From NCBI GenBank assembly GCA_036785375.1, contig JAWMAR010000104.1, forward strand, positions 4,526,001 to 4,590,000: a DNA stretch of 64,000 nucleotides, written 5' to 3'. Every line of letters begins with the position of its first letter. The stretch's first letter is position 1. The notes beneath the pieces were generated by a model that was not told the DNA's origin, did not search any database, and was given only the letters and a program-made list of their open reading frames with translations. Origin of the DNA: Leucoraja ocellata. Lineage: Eukaryota. Made by a program: the position numbers and the translations under genes. Positions 11,090 through 22,852 of the stretch are shown piece after piece.

Positions 11090-13474
11090 TTAGCTTTGAG
11101 CTTGAGAGGTGGAAGCGCCGCATGGCTTCAAGAAGAGAAAATCACTTTTCGCTGACTCTGGAGACAGACAGACCGAGTAATGATTCATATCTGCAACGCG
11201 GACTACCTGACCTGTCCCAGGATAGCGTAAAGTTTCCTCCATGGCAGGCCTTCCTTTAAACGTATCGTGAGAATCCCCACGATTGTAACAATAACTGCGG
11301 GAGTTATACTCTTGAATATTATTTCTGTCTTGTTTACACTTGATGCCAATCAACAGAATAATGATCAGAAGAAAGACAACGGAAGTGCAACTGAAAATGA
11401 CGATTAAATAAACGTTTGGATCAGAGAAATATTCTGGATCCACCAATAAGATGCTTGTATCCGCGATTCCTTCAGTGCTGTTCTCCAATATTTTAATGTT
11501 AATTGTAACCGTACTGGAGAGGCTTGGCTGCCCGTTGTCCTTCGCCAAGATGACCAGTGTTTGTACAGAAATATCTGACTGTAGGATGTTGCGCGCTGTT
11601 CTAATTTCACCGGAATTTTGCCCAACTTTGTACAAACTGGGATGAGTAGATTTCACTATCTGATAAATGAACCGACCATTCTGACCAGAATCTGCATCAG
11701 TTGCCATTATCTTGGTGACCAGGTACCCTTGACCCGCTGACCAGGGCACGATCTCCATTGCTGCCGATTCACTCTGTCCTGGCGGTGAAACAAATATCGG
11801 AGCATTGTCATTTTGATCCAGGATGATCACATTCAGCATAGCACTGCTGCTCAATGGAGGCACCCCTGCGTCACGGGCTTGAACTTGTATTTGGAAGTTT
11901 TTGAGTTTCTCATAATCAAAGGCGTGTAACCCATACATGGTCCCGTTAATTGCGTTGATGCTGAGGTAAGTGGAAACTGGCAGGTTGTCTATGTGTTTAT
12001 CCACAATGGAGTAAGATACATAGCAATTTTGTTCTATATCAGCATCCATTGCAGATACTGTGAACAGTGATGTACCTGGGGCGTTATTCTCCATCACATA
12101 TACATTGTAGGATGATTCAGCAAACCAAGGGGTGTTGTCGTTTACGTCTGAAATGGTAATCTGGATGGTTAGATTTGCGGAGAGTGAAGGCGACCCCAAG
12201 TCCCATGCCGAAATAGCTACATTATACTGAGATACCGCTTCACGGTCCAACATTTCACTGGTAATTAATTTGTAACGATCCGATGCTGTTTGTAGTTTAA
12301 ATGGTATGTTCTTTGGTAACGAACAGCGGACTTGGCCGTTCTCTCCAGAATCACGATCCATAACATTGATCAACGTTACCAAAGTTCCTGGCGGAGAATT
12401 TTCCGGGATTTTATTGGAAGCTGATGTCACCTGTATCTCGGGTGCATTGTCGTTTACGTCCATTATTTTGATCAACACTTTGGAGTGTCCTGTCATTGCA
12501 GCTAAGCCGTGATCTATAGCTTGAACATCTAGATAATAGACCTTTGTTTCTTCAAAATCCAAGTTTCCACCAACTCGAACCTCTCCAGTATCTGGGTCTA
12601 AACTGAACAAATTACGAACCTTTCGCACGGCGACATCACTAAAAGAATATGATATCTTCCCATTCAGTCCTTCGTCCATATCGTGTGCTTTGACTTTCAA
12701 TACCGAGATACCATTGGCGGAGTTCTCGCTTATACTCCCCCTGTAAATATCCTGGTCGAACACTGGTGGATTATCATTGATGTCCAATACATTAATGCGA
12801 ATCTGAGTTGTGCCTGATCTCTGAGGGGTTCCACCGTCAGTCGCAGTTAGCAAGAGTTGAAATGATGATTGTAGCTCTCGATCCAATGATTTCTCCAACA
12901 ACAACTCGGCAATTACAAACCCGTCCTCGGTTTTCTGTGTTTTTAGACTGAAGTGCTCACTAGAGCTGATTGTGTAGGCGGCCACGGTATTTATTCCAAT
13001 GTCAGGATCTTCTGCGCTCTCGAGACGGAAACGTACACCGGGTGCACTCGCTTCCGATATCTGTAAGGCAATGCTGCCGTGCGGGAAAGTAGGTGGATTG
13101 TCATTTACATCAAGAATCTCAATTTTTCCGCGATACACCTCCAAGGGATTTTCCAGAACAATGTCGAAGGGTATAATACACACATCCGCTTCTCCACAAA
13201 TACGTTCCCTATCGATTTTTTCACGGATAGACAACACTCCATTGTCAGCACTAACCTTGATGTACCGTCCGCCATTATCAGAGCTCAGTCGAAATTTGCG
13301 AGCTGACAATTGCCGTATGTTCAGGCCCAGATTTTGAGCGATATTGCCAACAAATGCCCCTTGCTCGGTTTCCTCGGGAATAGAATAACGAATTTGCCCG
13401 GAGATTAGACCCGGTGCATATATCGCAAACATGCAAACACACACTGTGAAGGCAAACCTCGGTAGGCACGCCAT
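11090..13474 (-). CDS. Clustered protocadherin gene 2 (gamma-like, single ORF), 794 aa
   Basis: Intact ORF: signal peptide, QIRYSIPEE start, EC1 CGEADVC, six cadherin repeats, TM, cytoplasmic YSVCLSPESAKSDFLFLKP motif, stop after SQAQS. Confidence 0.95.
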   Translation of the reverse strand: MACLPRFAFTVCVCMFAIYAPGLISGQIRYSIPEETEQGAFVGNIAQNLGLNIRQLSARKFRLSSDNGGRYIKVSADNGVLSIREKIDRERICGEADVCIIPFDIVLENPLEVYRGKIEILDVNDNPPTFPHGSIALQISEASAPGVRFRLESAEDPDIGINTVAAYTISSSEHFSLKTQKTEDGFVIAELLLEKSLDRELQSSFQLLLTATDGGTPQRSGTTQIRINVLDINDNPPVFDQDIYRGSISENSANGISVLKVKAHDMDEGLNGKISYSFSDVAVRKVRNLFSLDPDTGEVRVGGNLDFEETKVYYLDVQAIDHGLAAMTGHSKVLIKIMDVNDNAPEIQVTSASNKIPENSPPGTLVTLINVMDRDSGENGQVRCSLPKNIPFKLQTASDRYKLITSEMLDREAVSQYNVAISAWDLGSPSLSANLTIQITISDVNDNTPWFAESSYNVYVMENNAPGTSLFTVSAMDADIEQNCYVSYSIVDKHIDNLPVSTYLSINAINGTMYGLHAFDYEKLKNFQIQVQARDAGVPPLSSSAMLNVIILDQNDNAPIFVSPPGQSESAAMEIVPWSAGQGYLVTKIMATDADSGQNGRFIYQIVKSTHPSLYKVGQNSGEIRTARNILQSDISVQTLVILAKDNGQPSLSSTVTINIKILENSTEGIADTSILLVDPEYFSDPNVYLIVIFSCTSVVFLLIIILLIGIKCKQDRNNIQEYNSRSYCYNRGDSHDTFKGRPAMEETLRYPGTGQVVRVADMNHYSVCLSPESAKSDFLFLKPCGASTSQAQS

Positions 13475-13624
13475 TGTTCCGCGCTGTCAATGTCCAAAAC
13501 CAGGAATCTCTTAGGTTAATCCGTTAAAAGATTCCAACTACTAGCTTTAAACAAAATCATACATATTCTAAATACCGATTCAAAACAAACAGGAAATCTA
13601 TCATCCTCAGCTTGATTCCGCAAT

Positions 13625-13795
13625 CTAAACGCAGGCACTGCTGGCCTCTCTCGTCGCGTCTGACGTTTTTATTCTGGGGTGTGGGAGGGGCAATAGATCC
13701 ATCTGTGTGGTTGAGCTTTCCATTGGTAGACAGCGACACAGCCAGTTCTTTTCAATAACTGCAACTTCAATTCTTAAAGCTGTAACGCTCTCCCA
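13625..13795 (-). promoter_or_regulatory. Conserved Pcdh promoter with CSE/CGCT box (core ~13720-13745)
   Basis: Minus strand TGTGTCGCTGTCTACCAATGG, ~258 bp upstream of ATG. Confidence 0.8.
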
Positions 13796-15282
13796 AACAT
13801 TTCAGGGTGTACAGCCATAAAGCGTCTTCTTAAAAAGCGAGCTTTCTGCATTTAACTTCGAAACTCAGGGGAGACACATGCAAAGGGATTTTTGATGGAA
13901 AATGTTATCATGGTCTATTGTTTCACTCATAAGGCAATACCGAATGAATATATGGTATCAGTGTTTATATCAGATGCATGATCTCTACGTGCAGATCCTC
14001 CCTGCGCGCATCGTAGCAAAAATATATTAATTTAATGACCATAATTTTCCTTTCTTTGACGTGAATTCTATTATTATGCCTCTTGCACAAAAATCATTTT
14101 CGAGTAAAGTTGAGCTAGTTAGCGATCATATAAGATAATCATGAGAATATCAATGCAACTTTTCAAATGTTGAAGTCGCTGTCCGTGCACATTATGCTTT
14201 CCATTAAGTAATTGTTGAACCCATCTCTTGTTTCAAGGAAGTGATTCCTGGAGAAAGGCATCGTCAAGTCCATTTCATCTTTGGTTTGCTAACACGTGCA
14301 TATGTAAGGTGAGGTCCTGCTGCATTTTAAACCATGTTTCCAGCAACCTCACAGGCTCATGACCCAGCAGACTCCAATTGATATTGTAGGGATCAGAGAA
14401 AACAGGTGTCCATGTCTGGTTGGACGTGGAAAAAATGATGAATGTTTTACATTTTATTCTTATTTACCTTGAGAATCTCCATTTCATACTGGGTTTCTTG
14501 CAAAGGATCCTTTATTTCAATTTGCAAATAAACGACACAATTAACCTTTCATCCATGGATCGTTGCTCATTTAAAATTCACCCGTGAAATCATTACTCCC
14601 CTGTTACCAGTTTATCCTGTAAAATGCCCTTTCGATAAATGCCATTCGGAATTTCAGAGCTGCCATCTTTGTTGACATGCGCCATCTTTTGAGTAGATTT
14701 TCCAGAAACAGATACATTTCCTTAGAAACAGATAGAGCGGGTAAAATAGAAAAATCGTATTCGCAGGGCAGACTCCAAACCTCTACTTTCTTTTCCCACA
14801 TTGAAGGCTGCAACAACCTTGCTATGCGCAGTCATTTGATGCACTCCATTCATTAAAGTCCCAACCCTTACTTGATACGGATTTCAACTTTACTTTACCG
14901 TCATATCCTTTTATCCCAAAGTTGCAGAAATTGGTTGTAATGTGATCAAACAATGGCAGTTGGTTAACAGCGGATATTCAACGACGCACATGGTCTCGTC
15001 AACACGGTGACGAACAAGTTGTTTATGTCGTGGAAGGTAGGATGTTTAATCAAACACAGTATTTCAATATTGGCACCAGATATACCATCGGATTCTAGTT
15101 TTGTGGTAAATAACTTCGGCTGCATGTCAAATTAGAATCCTTGGAAAGACTCAGACGAGCCAACGATAATATTTCGATGACATGATGAGTGTAACAACGA
15201 TGACATTTCGTGCACGTCAACAACTGAAAATGCTGAAAACACTGATTGCGGAAACATCATCTGCGGAAAGAAATACAATTAA

Positions 15283-15890
15283 AGGGCCTGTCCCACTTGG
15301 GTGACATAATCCGCGATTCCAGAATAGTGCCTTCGACTTTCATGCTCGAGGGCACTCTTCTGGAAAGCCTCGAGCAGGATCGACCGGCCGCGTTGAAACC
15401 GNNNNNNNNNNNNNNNNNNNNNNNNNNNNNNNNNNNNNNNNNNNNNNNNNNNNNNNNNNNNNNNNNNNNNNNNNNNNNNNNNNNNNNNNNNNNNNNNNNN
15501 NNNNNNNNNNNNNNNNNNNNNNNNNNNNNNNNAGGGAAAGCGGATGAGCACTGTCTGCGTGGTGAAGAGGAAGGTAAACGGCTACCACAGAGCGCGTAAG
15601 TCATTTAGATAGCGCGGGGGGGGGGGGGGGGGGGAGAAGGGGAGAGACGGAGAGAGACGGAGAGAGAAGCGGAGAGAAGGGGGAGAGAAGGGGAGGGAGA
15701 AGGGGGAGAGGAGAGAAGGTGGGGAGAAGGAGTGGAGATATATAATAAAGTTTACCGGGCACTAGGTCTTCCTAGGTCGTGAAACTCCAATGAGCCAATC
15801 AAATTGGCCGGTCAGCGAAGGAGATGGCCTACGACTGCCCTCCAGTGCCTGTAAGCGAATAGCGACCGCACTCCACTGCACTACGAGTGA
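15283..15890. mobile_element. Non-autonomous DNA-transposon-like insertion (Harbinger-like terminus) spanning a gap and G/GA-rich tract
   Basis: Begins AGGGCCTGTCCCACTT after TTAA, is GC-rich and absent from paralogous units. The second terminus was not found, and the family assignment is from recall only. Confidence 0.4.
15402..15532. other. Assembly gap (131 N)
   Basis: Run of N, next to poly-G and a GGAGA-type low-complexity tract (15616-15735). Confidence 0.98.
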
Positions 15891-16149
15891 AAGTTTATAT
15901 GCTCTTCAGCTCAATGCAAAATAGAGGGAAAAAAACTAAGCCTGAATGAAAACGGACATGTGTGGTCAGGTCGGGAACCTTGCAACTTGTCCATATGAAA
16001 GACGAGGTACTGTTTTCCAAGCGTGTGCCTTAACCTTCCCTCGCTCCAGCAGCGCTCGAGGTAATATACAGAAAGATCAGTTGTTGGTGACTTTGTGAAT
16101 GAATGTGGTAAGAAACCGGAAGTTCATTATTTCTTTGCTGCAAACTAAC

Positions 16150-16490
16150 CGCACGACTAAACGACCTGGATGGGATGGATGTGGAGAGGATATTTCCAAT
16201 TGTGAGATAATCTAGGTAAATGGGGCGCAGCCTCACTAGAAAATGCCGCACATTTAGAATGGTGATCCATAAGAATGTCTTTATCCAGTGGATGGAGAAT
16301 CTGACGGATTCATTGCCACAATGTTATGTCGAAGTCGTTATAGTATATTGTTAAGGCAGAGATTAATAGGTTATTGATTAGTAAGGGTATAAAAGGCTAA
16401 GGGAGAGGGGGGAAATAGATCAGCCTTGATCGAATCATGGAGCAGATTCGAATGTGTCCGTGGCCTAATTGTGCTCCAATATCTTATGGC
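16150..16490 (+). mobile_element. Degenerate CR1-type LINE 3' fragment
   Basis: GGATGTGGAGAGGATATTTCCA..CAGCCTCA..GATCAGCCTTGATCGAAT..GGCCTAATTGTGCTCC; similar to 48095-48430 and 53365-53715. Confidence 0.6.
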
Positions 16491-17810
16491 AGTGCCACCG
16501 CATTGGGAAGACCAAACATCTACATTACATTGAAAAAAGGTGCAAGCAGATCACTGCTTTACCGGGAAGACGTTTTGGTCCTGTACAGTGCAAGGGAAGT
16601 GGTACTGTACAAGAACCTTACATATTTTGTGTTTTCATGCGAAACTGCCAACGGAAGGTGAGTGGTTACAAAGCGAGAACAGGGATTAGTGAAGGGGTGA
16701 TATTTGCCGATTTTTGAACAGGCAGGGCGGGGAAATCTTTGCCCAGTGAATTGCATTGAATGTGAAAACTAGTCAGTGGAATGGGACAAGCAGGGATAAC
16801 CTGATCACTTGCCGATTGCTGGGTACGTGAGCACTAAATTACACAGAGCAAATGGCATAATGCGAACTTCGCGGTTATCTGTTGCTACATTCACACGTTT
16901 TTCCTCCTTATTCTGCTACTCACCAGTTCACCAAACAAGTGTGGTTTCACTTGTTCTCGGTGTGACAAACAGCCCCGTTTCTCGACATAGCATTTTACTG
17001 CCCCACATGTGTAGCCCACATGTTCAGTGGGTCTTGTGTACTGCCTGGGATCCTTAGATAGGGCAGTCCTGTTTAGGCCATTTTTTCCTGCCTGCTATTG
17101 TCCGACTAAATTCATCTCCTCATACATCGAATCTATCGCCGTTCCCCCATCCCTGTCAGGGTTCATGCCATCCTCCATCCGAAAACACCTCACATGCTCT
17201 CCATCACTTTAACAACTTGCAAATTTTATGTCAATACTCATTTTTTTTAATTATGGACGACGTCGCTTTGCACTTCCATTAAGCATTAGGAAGACATCAG
17301 AACTTTCCGTTTCATCTACGAATGGAGACTCAACCACTTCTCCCCAACTAACAATATCCTTCACATTATTACGTGCATCTGCTGATTATTGTAAGTTGTA
17401 CAACGAACTATTAATAATTAATATATAATGCATGGGAACGCAATCAGGAAACCTTTCCACGCAAATTTCTCTTATAAATACCTTGCCATGTAACTGGTAA
17501 CAGGTACACACATCTTTGAGTACGTAACTAAATTACAACACAGTTGTGCACATTATCATGTGACGAGCATAAAGACTACCTTCAGAATTAATAGATGCAT
17601 TTTCAAGATGTTTTCAATCCCGTTGCAGGAAATTTTATTTTTGACAATTACAAATAGTCTACTCCCAATTACGCGAAAGAGACAATATGCAACAAGGGAA
17701 TGTTTTCATTAATATTCCACTCGCACCGATTCATATTCGTGGGCAGACAAAAATGGCTGCATTAAAAATAAAATGGTATTCCTTAACACAAGCCATCAGC
17801 GGAATTTAGC

Positions 17811-20189
17811 TTAGGAGGTGGAAGCGCCGCATGGTTTCAAGAAGAGAAAATCGCTTTTCGCTGATTCTGGAGAAAGACAGGCCGAGTATTGATTAAGATC
17901 TGACACGCGGACTACACGTCCTGTCCCAGGATTGCGTAAAGTTTCCTCTATGGCAAGTCTTCCATTGAACGTGCCGTGAGAATTGCCAGGATTGTAGCAA
18001 TAACTGCGGGAGTTATACGCTTGAATGTTATTTCTGTCTTGTTTACACTTGATGCCAATCAACAGAACAATGATCAGAAGAAAGACAACGGAAGTACAAC
18101 TGAAAATCACGATTAAATAAACGTTTGGATCAGATAAATATTCTGGTTCCATCAATAAGTTGCTTCTTTCCACGATTCCTTCAGTGCTGTTCTCCAAAAC
18201 TTTAATGTTCACTGTGACCGTGCTGGACAGGCTTGGCTGCCCATTGTCCTTCACCAAGATGACCAGACTTGTCTGACTTACAGCAGTGTCTGACTGCATG
18301 ATGTTGCGCGCTGTTCTAATTTCACCGGATATTTGCCCAACTTTGTACAAACTGGGATGGGTAGACTTCACCATTTGATAAACGAGCCGAGCGTTCTGAC
18401 CAGAATCTGCATCAGTTGCCATTATCTTGGTGACCAAGTACCCTTGCCCCGCTGACCCTGGCACAGTCTCCACTGCTGCTGATCCACTATGTTCTGACGG
18501 CGAAACAATTACCGGCGCGTTGTCATTTTGATCCAAGATGATCACATTCACCCTGGCGCTGCTGCTCAGCGGAGGCATCCCCGCGTCACGGGCTTGAACG
18601 TGGATCTGGAAGTTTTTGAGATTCTCATAGTCAAACGACCGCAGCGCATAAATGGTACCGTTCATTGAGTTAATGGTTAGGTAGGTGGACGCTGGCGCGT
18701 TTATGACTTGATTCTCATGAAAAGTATAAGAAACACGCGAATTCTGGTCCAGATCGGGATCCGTTGCTGTTATTGTGAAAATGGACGCACCCGGAGCGTT
18801 ATTCTCCATAACGTATATGTTGTAGGATGATTCAGCAAACCGAGGGGCGTTATCATTAATGTCTGAAATTGTGATACTCATGGTTATATTTGCGGACAGT
18901 GAAGGCGATCCCAAGTCCCAGGCGGAAATAAGTATTCTGTACTCAGATATCGCTTCACGATCAAACATTTCGCTGGTAATTAATTTATAATGATCCGATG
19001 CTGTTTGTAGTTTAAAGGGTATGTTCCTTGGTACCGTGCAGCGAACATGGCCGTTCTCTCCAGAATCACGATCCAAAACACTGATCAACGTTACTAAAGT
19101 TCCTGGAGGAGCATTTTCTGGGATTATGTTGGAAGCTGATGTCACCTTTATTTCGGGTGCATTGTCGTTCACGTCAATTACTTTGATAAGCACTTTGGAG
19201 TGCCCTGTCATTACAGGTGAGCCGTGGTCCACTACTTCAACATTGAGAGAATAACTGTTTGCTTCTTCAAAATCCAGCTGCCCGCCAACTCGAATCTCCC
19301 CGGTCTCTGGGTCTAAACTGAACAAATTACCGACTTTTCGCAAGGCAACATCACTAAATGAATATATTATCTTTGCATTCTCTCCTTCGTCCAAATCATT
19401 TCCTTTGAGTTTCATCACCAAGGTACCATGCGGTGCGTTCTCACTTATGCTGCCCCTGTAAATATCACGTTCGAACACAGGTGGATTGTCATTGATGTCC
19501 AAGACAGTAATGAGAATTTGAGCTGTGCCTGTTCTCCGAGGGGTCCCACCATCAGTCGCAGTCAGAAAGAGCTGAAATGATGATTGTATCTCTCGGTCCA
19601 AAGATTTCTCCAACAGCAATTCGGCAATTATAATATCGTCCTCGGTTTTCTGTGTCCTCAGACTGAAGTACTCACTGGAACTGACTGTATAGGCGGTCAC
19701 GGTATTTGTTCCAATGTCGGGATCATCCGCGCTCTCGAGACGGAAACGTACACCGGGTGCATTCGCTTCCGATATCTGAAGGGCAATGCTGCTCTGCGGG
19801 AAAGTGGGCGCATTGTCATTTACATCACGAATCTCTATTTTTCCGCGGTACACCTCCAAGGGCTTTTCCAATATTATTTCGAAAGGAATAATGCACACAT
19901 CCGCTTCTCCGCAAATACGTTCTCTGTCGATTCTTTCACGAATAGACAAAATTCCATTGTCCAAACTGACCTTCATGTACCGCCCTCCGTCATCAGCGCC
20001 CAGTCGGAATTTGCGAGCTGACAATTGATGTACGTTCAGGCCCAGATCTTGAGCGATATTCCCAACAAATGCTCCTTGCTTCATTTCCTCGGGAACAGAA
20101 TAAATAAGTTGCCCGGAAATTAGACCGGGTGCACATATCGTAAACATGCACAGAAACACATTGAATGCAAACCTCGGTAGGAACGCCAT
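17811..20189 (-). CDS. Clustered protocadherin gene 3 (gamma-like, single ORF), 792 aa
   Basis: The ORF track starts at TTG 20207; the conserved ATG is at 20189 (MAFLPRF). Full domain set. A CAA->TAA change trims the last 4 residues (ends GASTS); 2-aa insertion in EC6. Confidence 0.95.
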   Translation of the reverse strand: MAFLPRFAFNVFLCMFTICAPGLISGQLIYSVPEEMKQGAFVGNIAQDLGLNVHQLSARKFRLGADDGGRYMKVSLDNGILSIRERIDRERICGEADVCIIPFEIILEKPLEVYRGKIEIRDVNDNAPTFPQSSIALQISEANAPGVRFRLESADDPDIGTNTVTAYTVSSSEYFSLRTQKTEDDIIIAELLLEKSLDREIQSSFQLFLTATDGGTPRRTGTAQILITVLDINDNPPVFERDIYRGSISENAPHGTLVMKLKGNDLDEGENAKIIYSFSDVALRKVGNLFSLDPETGEIRVGGQLDFEEANSYSLNVEVVDHGSPVMTGHSKVLIKVIDVNDNAPEIKVTSASNIIPENAPPGTLVTLISVLDRDSGENGHVRCTVPRNIPFKLQTASDHYKLITSEMFDREAISEYRILISAWDLGSPSLSANITMSITISDINDNAPRFAESSYNIYVMENNAPGASIFTITATDPDLDQNSRVSYTFHENQVINAPASTYLTINSMNGTIYALRSFDYENLKNFQIHVQARDAGMPPLSSSARVNVIILDQNDNAPVIVSPSEHSGSAAVETVPGSAGQGYLVTKIMATDADSGQNARLVYQMVKSTHPSLYKVGQISGEIRTARNIMQSDTAVSQTSLVILVKDNGQPSLSSTVTVNIKVLENSTEGIVERSNLLMEPEYLSDPNVYLIVIFSCTSVVFLLIIVLLIGIKCKQDRNNIQAYNSRSYCYNPGNSHGTFNGRLAIEETLRNPGTGRVVRVSDLNQYSACLSPESAKSDFLFLKPCGASTS

Positions 20190-20339
20190 TGTTCCGAGCT
20201 CAGTCAATGTCCAAAACTAGGCCTCTCTCCGAGTAATCCGTAAAAAAGGTTAAAACCACAAGATTTAAAAATAAATCAAAGATGTTCTAAATACCGATTC
20301 GAAACAGATGGGATATCAATCCTCCTCAGCTTTATTCCG

Positions 20340-20510
20340 CAATCCAAACCAGGCACTGCTAGCCTCGCTGGCCGCGACTGACGTTTTTATTCTGGGATGT
20401 GGGAGGGGCAATGGATCCATCTGCGTACTTGAGCTTCTCATTGGTAGACAGCGACACGACCAGTTCTTTTCAGCAACTGCAGCTACAATTCTTAAAGCTG
20501 TACCGCTCCC
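20340..20510 (-). promoter_or_regulatory. Conserved Pcdh promoter with CSE/CGCT box (core ~20436-20463)
   Basis: Minus strand CTGGTCGTGTCGCTGTCTACCAATGAG. Confidence 0.8.
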
Positions 20511-21765
20511 CAATACATTTAATGCAGCACCAAAAAACATACCCTTGAAAATGGCGGGATTGTACTAAATATTTGAATTCTTATGTACCTTGAGGATCTC
20601 CATTTCACTTAGTTTTCTTTCCATTGGTTCCATTATTGCAATTCAATTACGCAATTTCCCATTTATCTGCATGTCTTTTCTCATTTAAATTACACCCTGG
20701 TTAACATTAATCTTTTGATGCCGTGTTCCCCTTGTAAAATGGCCTTTTCAGTAAGGTGGTAAGGTGGCCCAACGTACTTGTAATGTGTTCAGACGATTGC
20801 AGTTTCATTTCTGCCTTGGAGATCCACAACATCGTATGAGATCCTGGCAAAGCTTGAATGGGGCAAGTTCTTTATGTCGTAGAGGATAGGACGTTAATCA
20901 CCTACAGCTACAATTCTTAAAGCTGTATCGCTCTCCTTAATATGTAATGGTGTACACAAACAGTACTCGACAAAAACAACAGTTCCTTTTTGTTTGCAGC
21001 GTTTAGCTTCGCAATTCACAGCAGACGTGTTCAGATGGGATTTAGACCGAGAAATCGTTTCACTCAGAACGCAATAGCAAGCAAATAAATGGCACCAGTA
21101 TTTCTATGATGCAGCGTTTCATATCGATAATATAGTCTCCGTTTACAGATGTTGGGCCACTCACATTTGCGCCTAAGGGTAGTAACAATATACTTTAATT
21201 TAACGACTGTATAGTCCTTCTTTATTATTATGCCCCTCGCAACACAATACTTTTCAAGCAAAGTTTACCTCTTTATCGATCAAAGGGCATAACATTGTGA
21301 ATGTTATTGTCACTTTCAGATATTGTTCGTGAACATAGTGCGTTTGATTGACCAATTGTTGAAGCAAATTCCTGCTTGTCGCTTGATTCTTGGAGAAAGG
21401 TATCGTCAAGACCAAATTAAGCCGTTTGTTGACATATGCACAGAGAAGGTGAGGCGCTGCAGCAGTGTAAAAATGTGTTTGCAGGAACTTCACAGGCACA
21501 TAACGCCACTGGCCCCGACGGATATTGTGGAAAATGTAAAACAAAAATAGGGCGTGAGGTTTTGCGCGGTAAATTTTGTGAATTTTTGAATTCTTATTCA
21601 CCTTGTGAGTCATCGTTTCTTCTTTCTTTCTTTCTTTCCAAAAGTTCCCATATCGTAATTTGCAAATAAATGACTCAATTGCCCATTGATCTACAGATCA
21701 TAGATCTTTATAAAAACGCCTTGGATAACACTAATATCTTGTTGCCAGATGTTTGCAGTAAAATT

Positions 21766-22852
21766 GCGTTTCAGTGAACGTCATTCGGAATTTCAGATCC
21801 ATATTGCTGTTATTGTCGGCCTGTCTTCTACCAAACAAGAATAATTCTACTATCATTAATTAACAATAATGGTAATTAATGGTAATCAGTGAAATATGAA
21901 GTTTCATGTGTGACAACAACTGAAAATGCTGAAAACACTCATCGACTCAGATATCATCTGAGGGAAGAAATACAATTAACGCTTCAAGACTGGGATCCTT
22001 TGTCAGAACTGCAAAGGAATTAAAATGTTAATTTTTTTTCAGGGGGATTGAGAATGGGAGGTAAAGCAGAGAAAACATGAATCTCTTTGAGGCCGAGACC
22101 AAATAAATATATACACTCGGAGCAGCTGTTAGGGCACGTTATGCTTTTTGCTTCTGTGGGTCATGGTTAATAGTAACGGAAATGGGCGTGCTCGTGTTAT
22201 TGAACGGACAGGGTCGCGGGTAAAATAAAGGTGTTCTTTAAACATTGGAACACTGGTACACAGGGTTTGAAGAAAGTTGTGAATTATTGTGTGTAGCACA
22301 GACCAGAAAGGATTTGGTCAAGCCACAGAAGGAGCTGAGCAGACTCTCAAGGAGGTTTCCCGGATAGGAAGGCTTACATTATCAGGGGAGATTGTAAGTC
22401 AAGATCTGGAATCCCTGGATTGAAAACAGTTGAGGAGTGTTATGAGAGAGATACAGAAACATGCGAGACACAGATAGAGTAGATGGCCAATAGCATTTCC
22501 AACTATAGGACCGTCCAAAGCTAGAAAATATAGATGGGTGATACTGGAAACCATTGGTGTCAAAACAGCGTGATATGCAAGGATAATGAGATGCAATTGA
22601 ATGCGTTTCAGTGAACGCCATTCGGAATTTCAGATACATATTGCTGTTATTGTCGGCCTGTCTTCCACCAAACAAGAATAATTCTGCTATCATTATTTAA
22701 CAATAATGGTAATTAATGATAATCAGTGAAATATGAAGTTTCATGTGTGACAACAACTGAACATGCTGAAAACACCCATCGACAGATATCATCTGAGGGA
22801 AGAAATACAACTAACGCTTCAAGACTGGGATCCTTTGTCAGAACTACAAAGC
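21766..22852. repeat. Local direct duplication of ~250 bp (21766-22017 and 22602-22852)
   Basis: TGCGTTTCAGTGAACG..ATTCGGAATTTCAGAT...GGGATCCTTTGTCAGAACT present twice, nearly identical. Confidence 0.85.
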
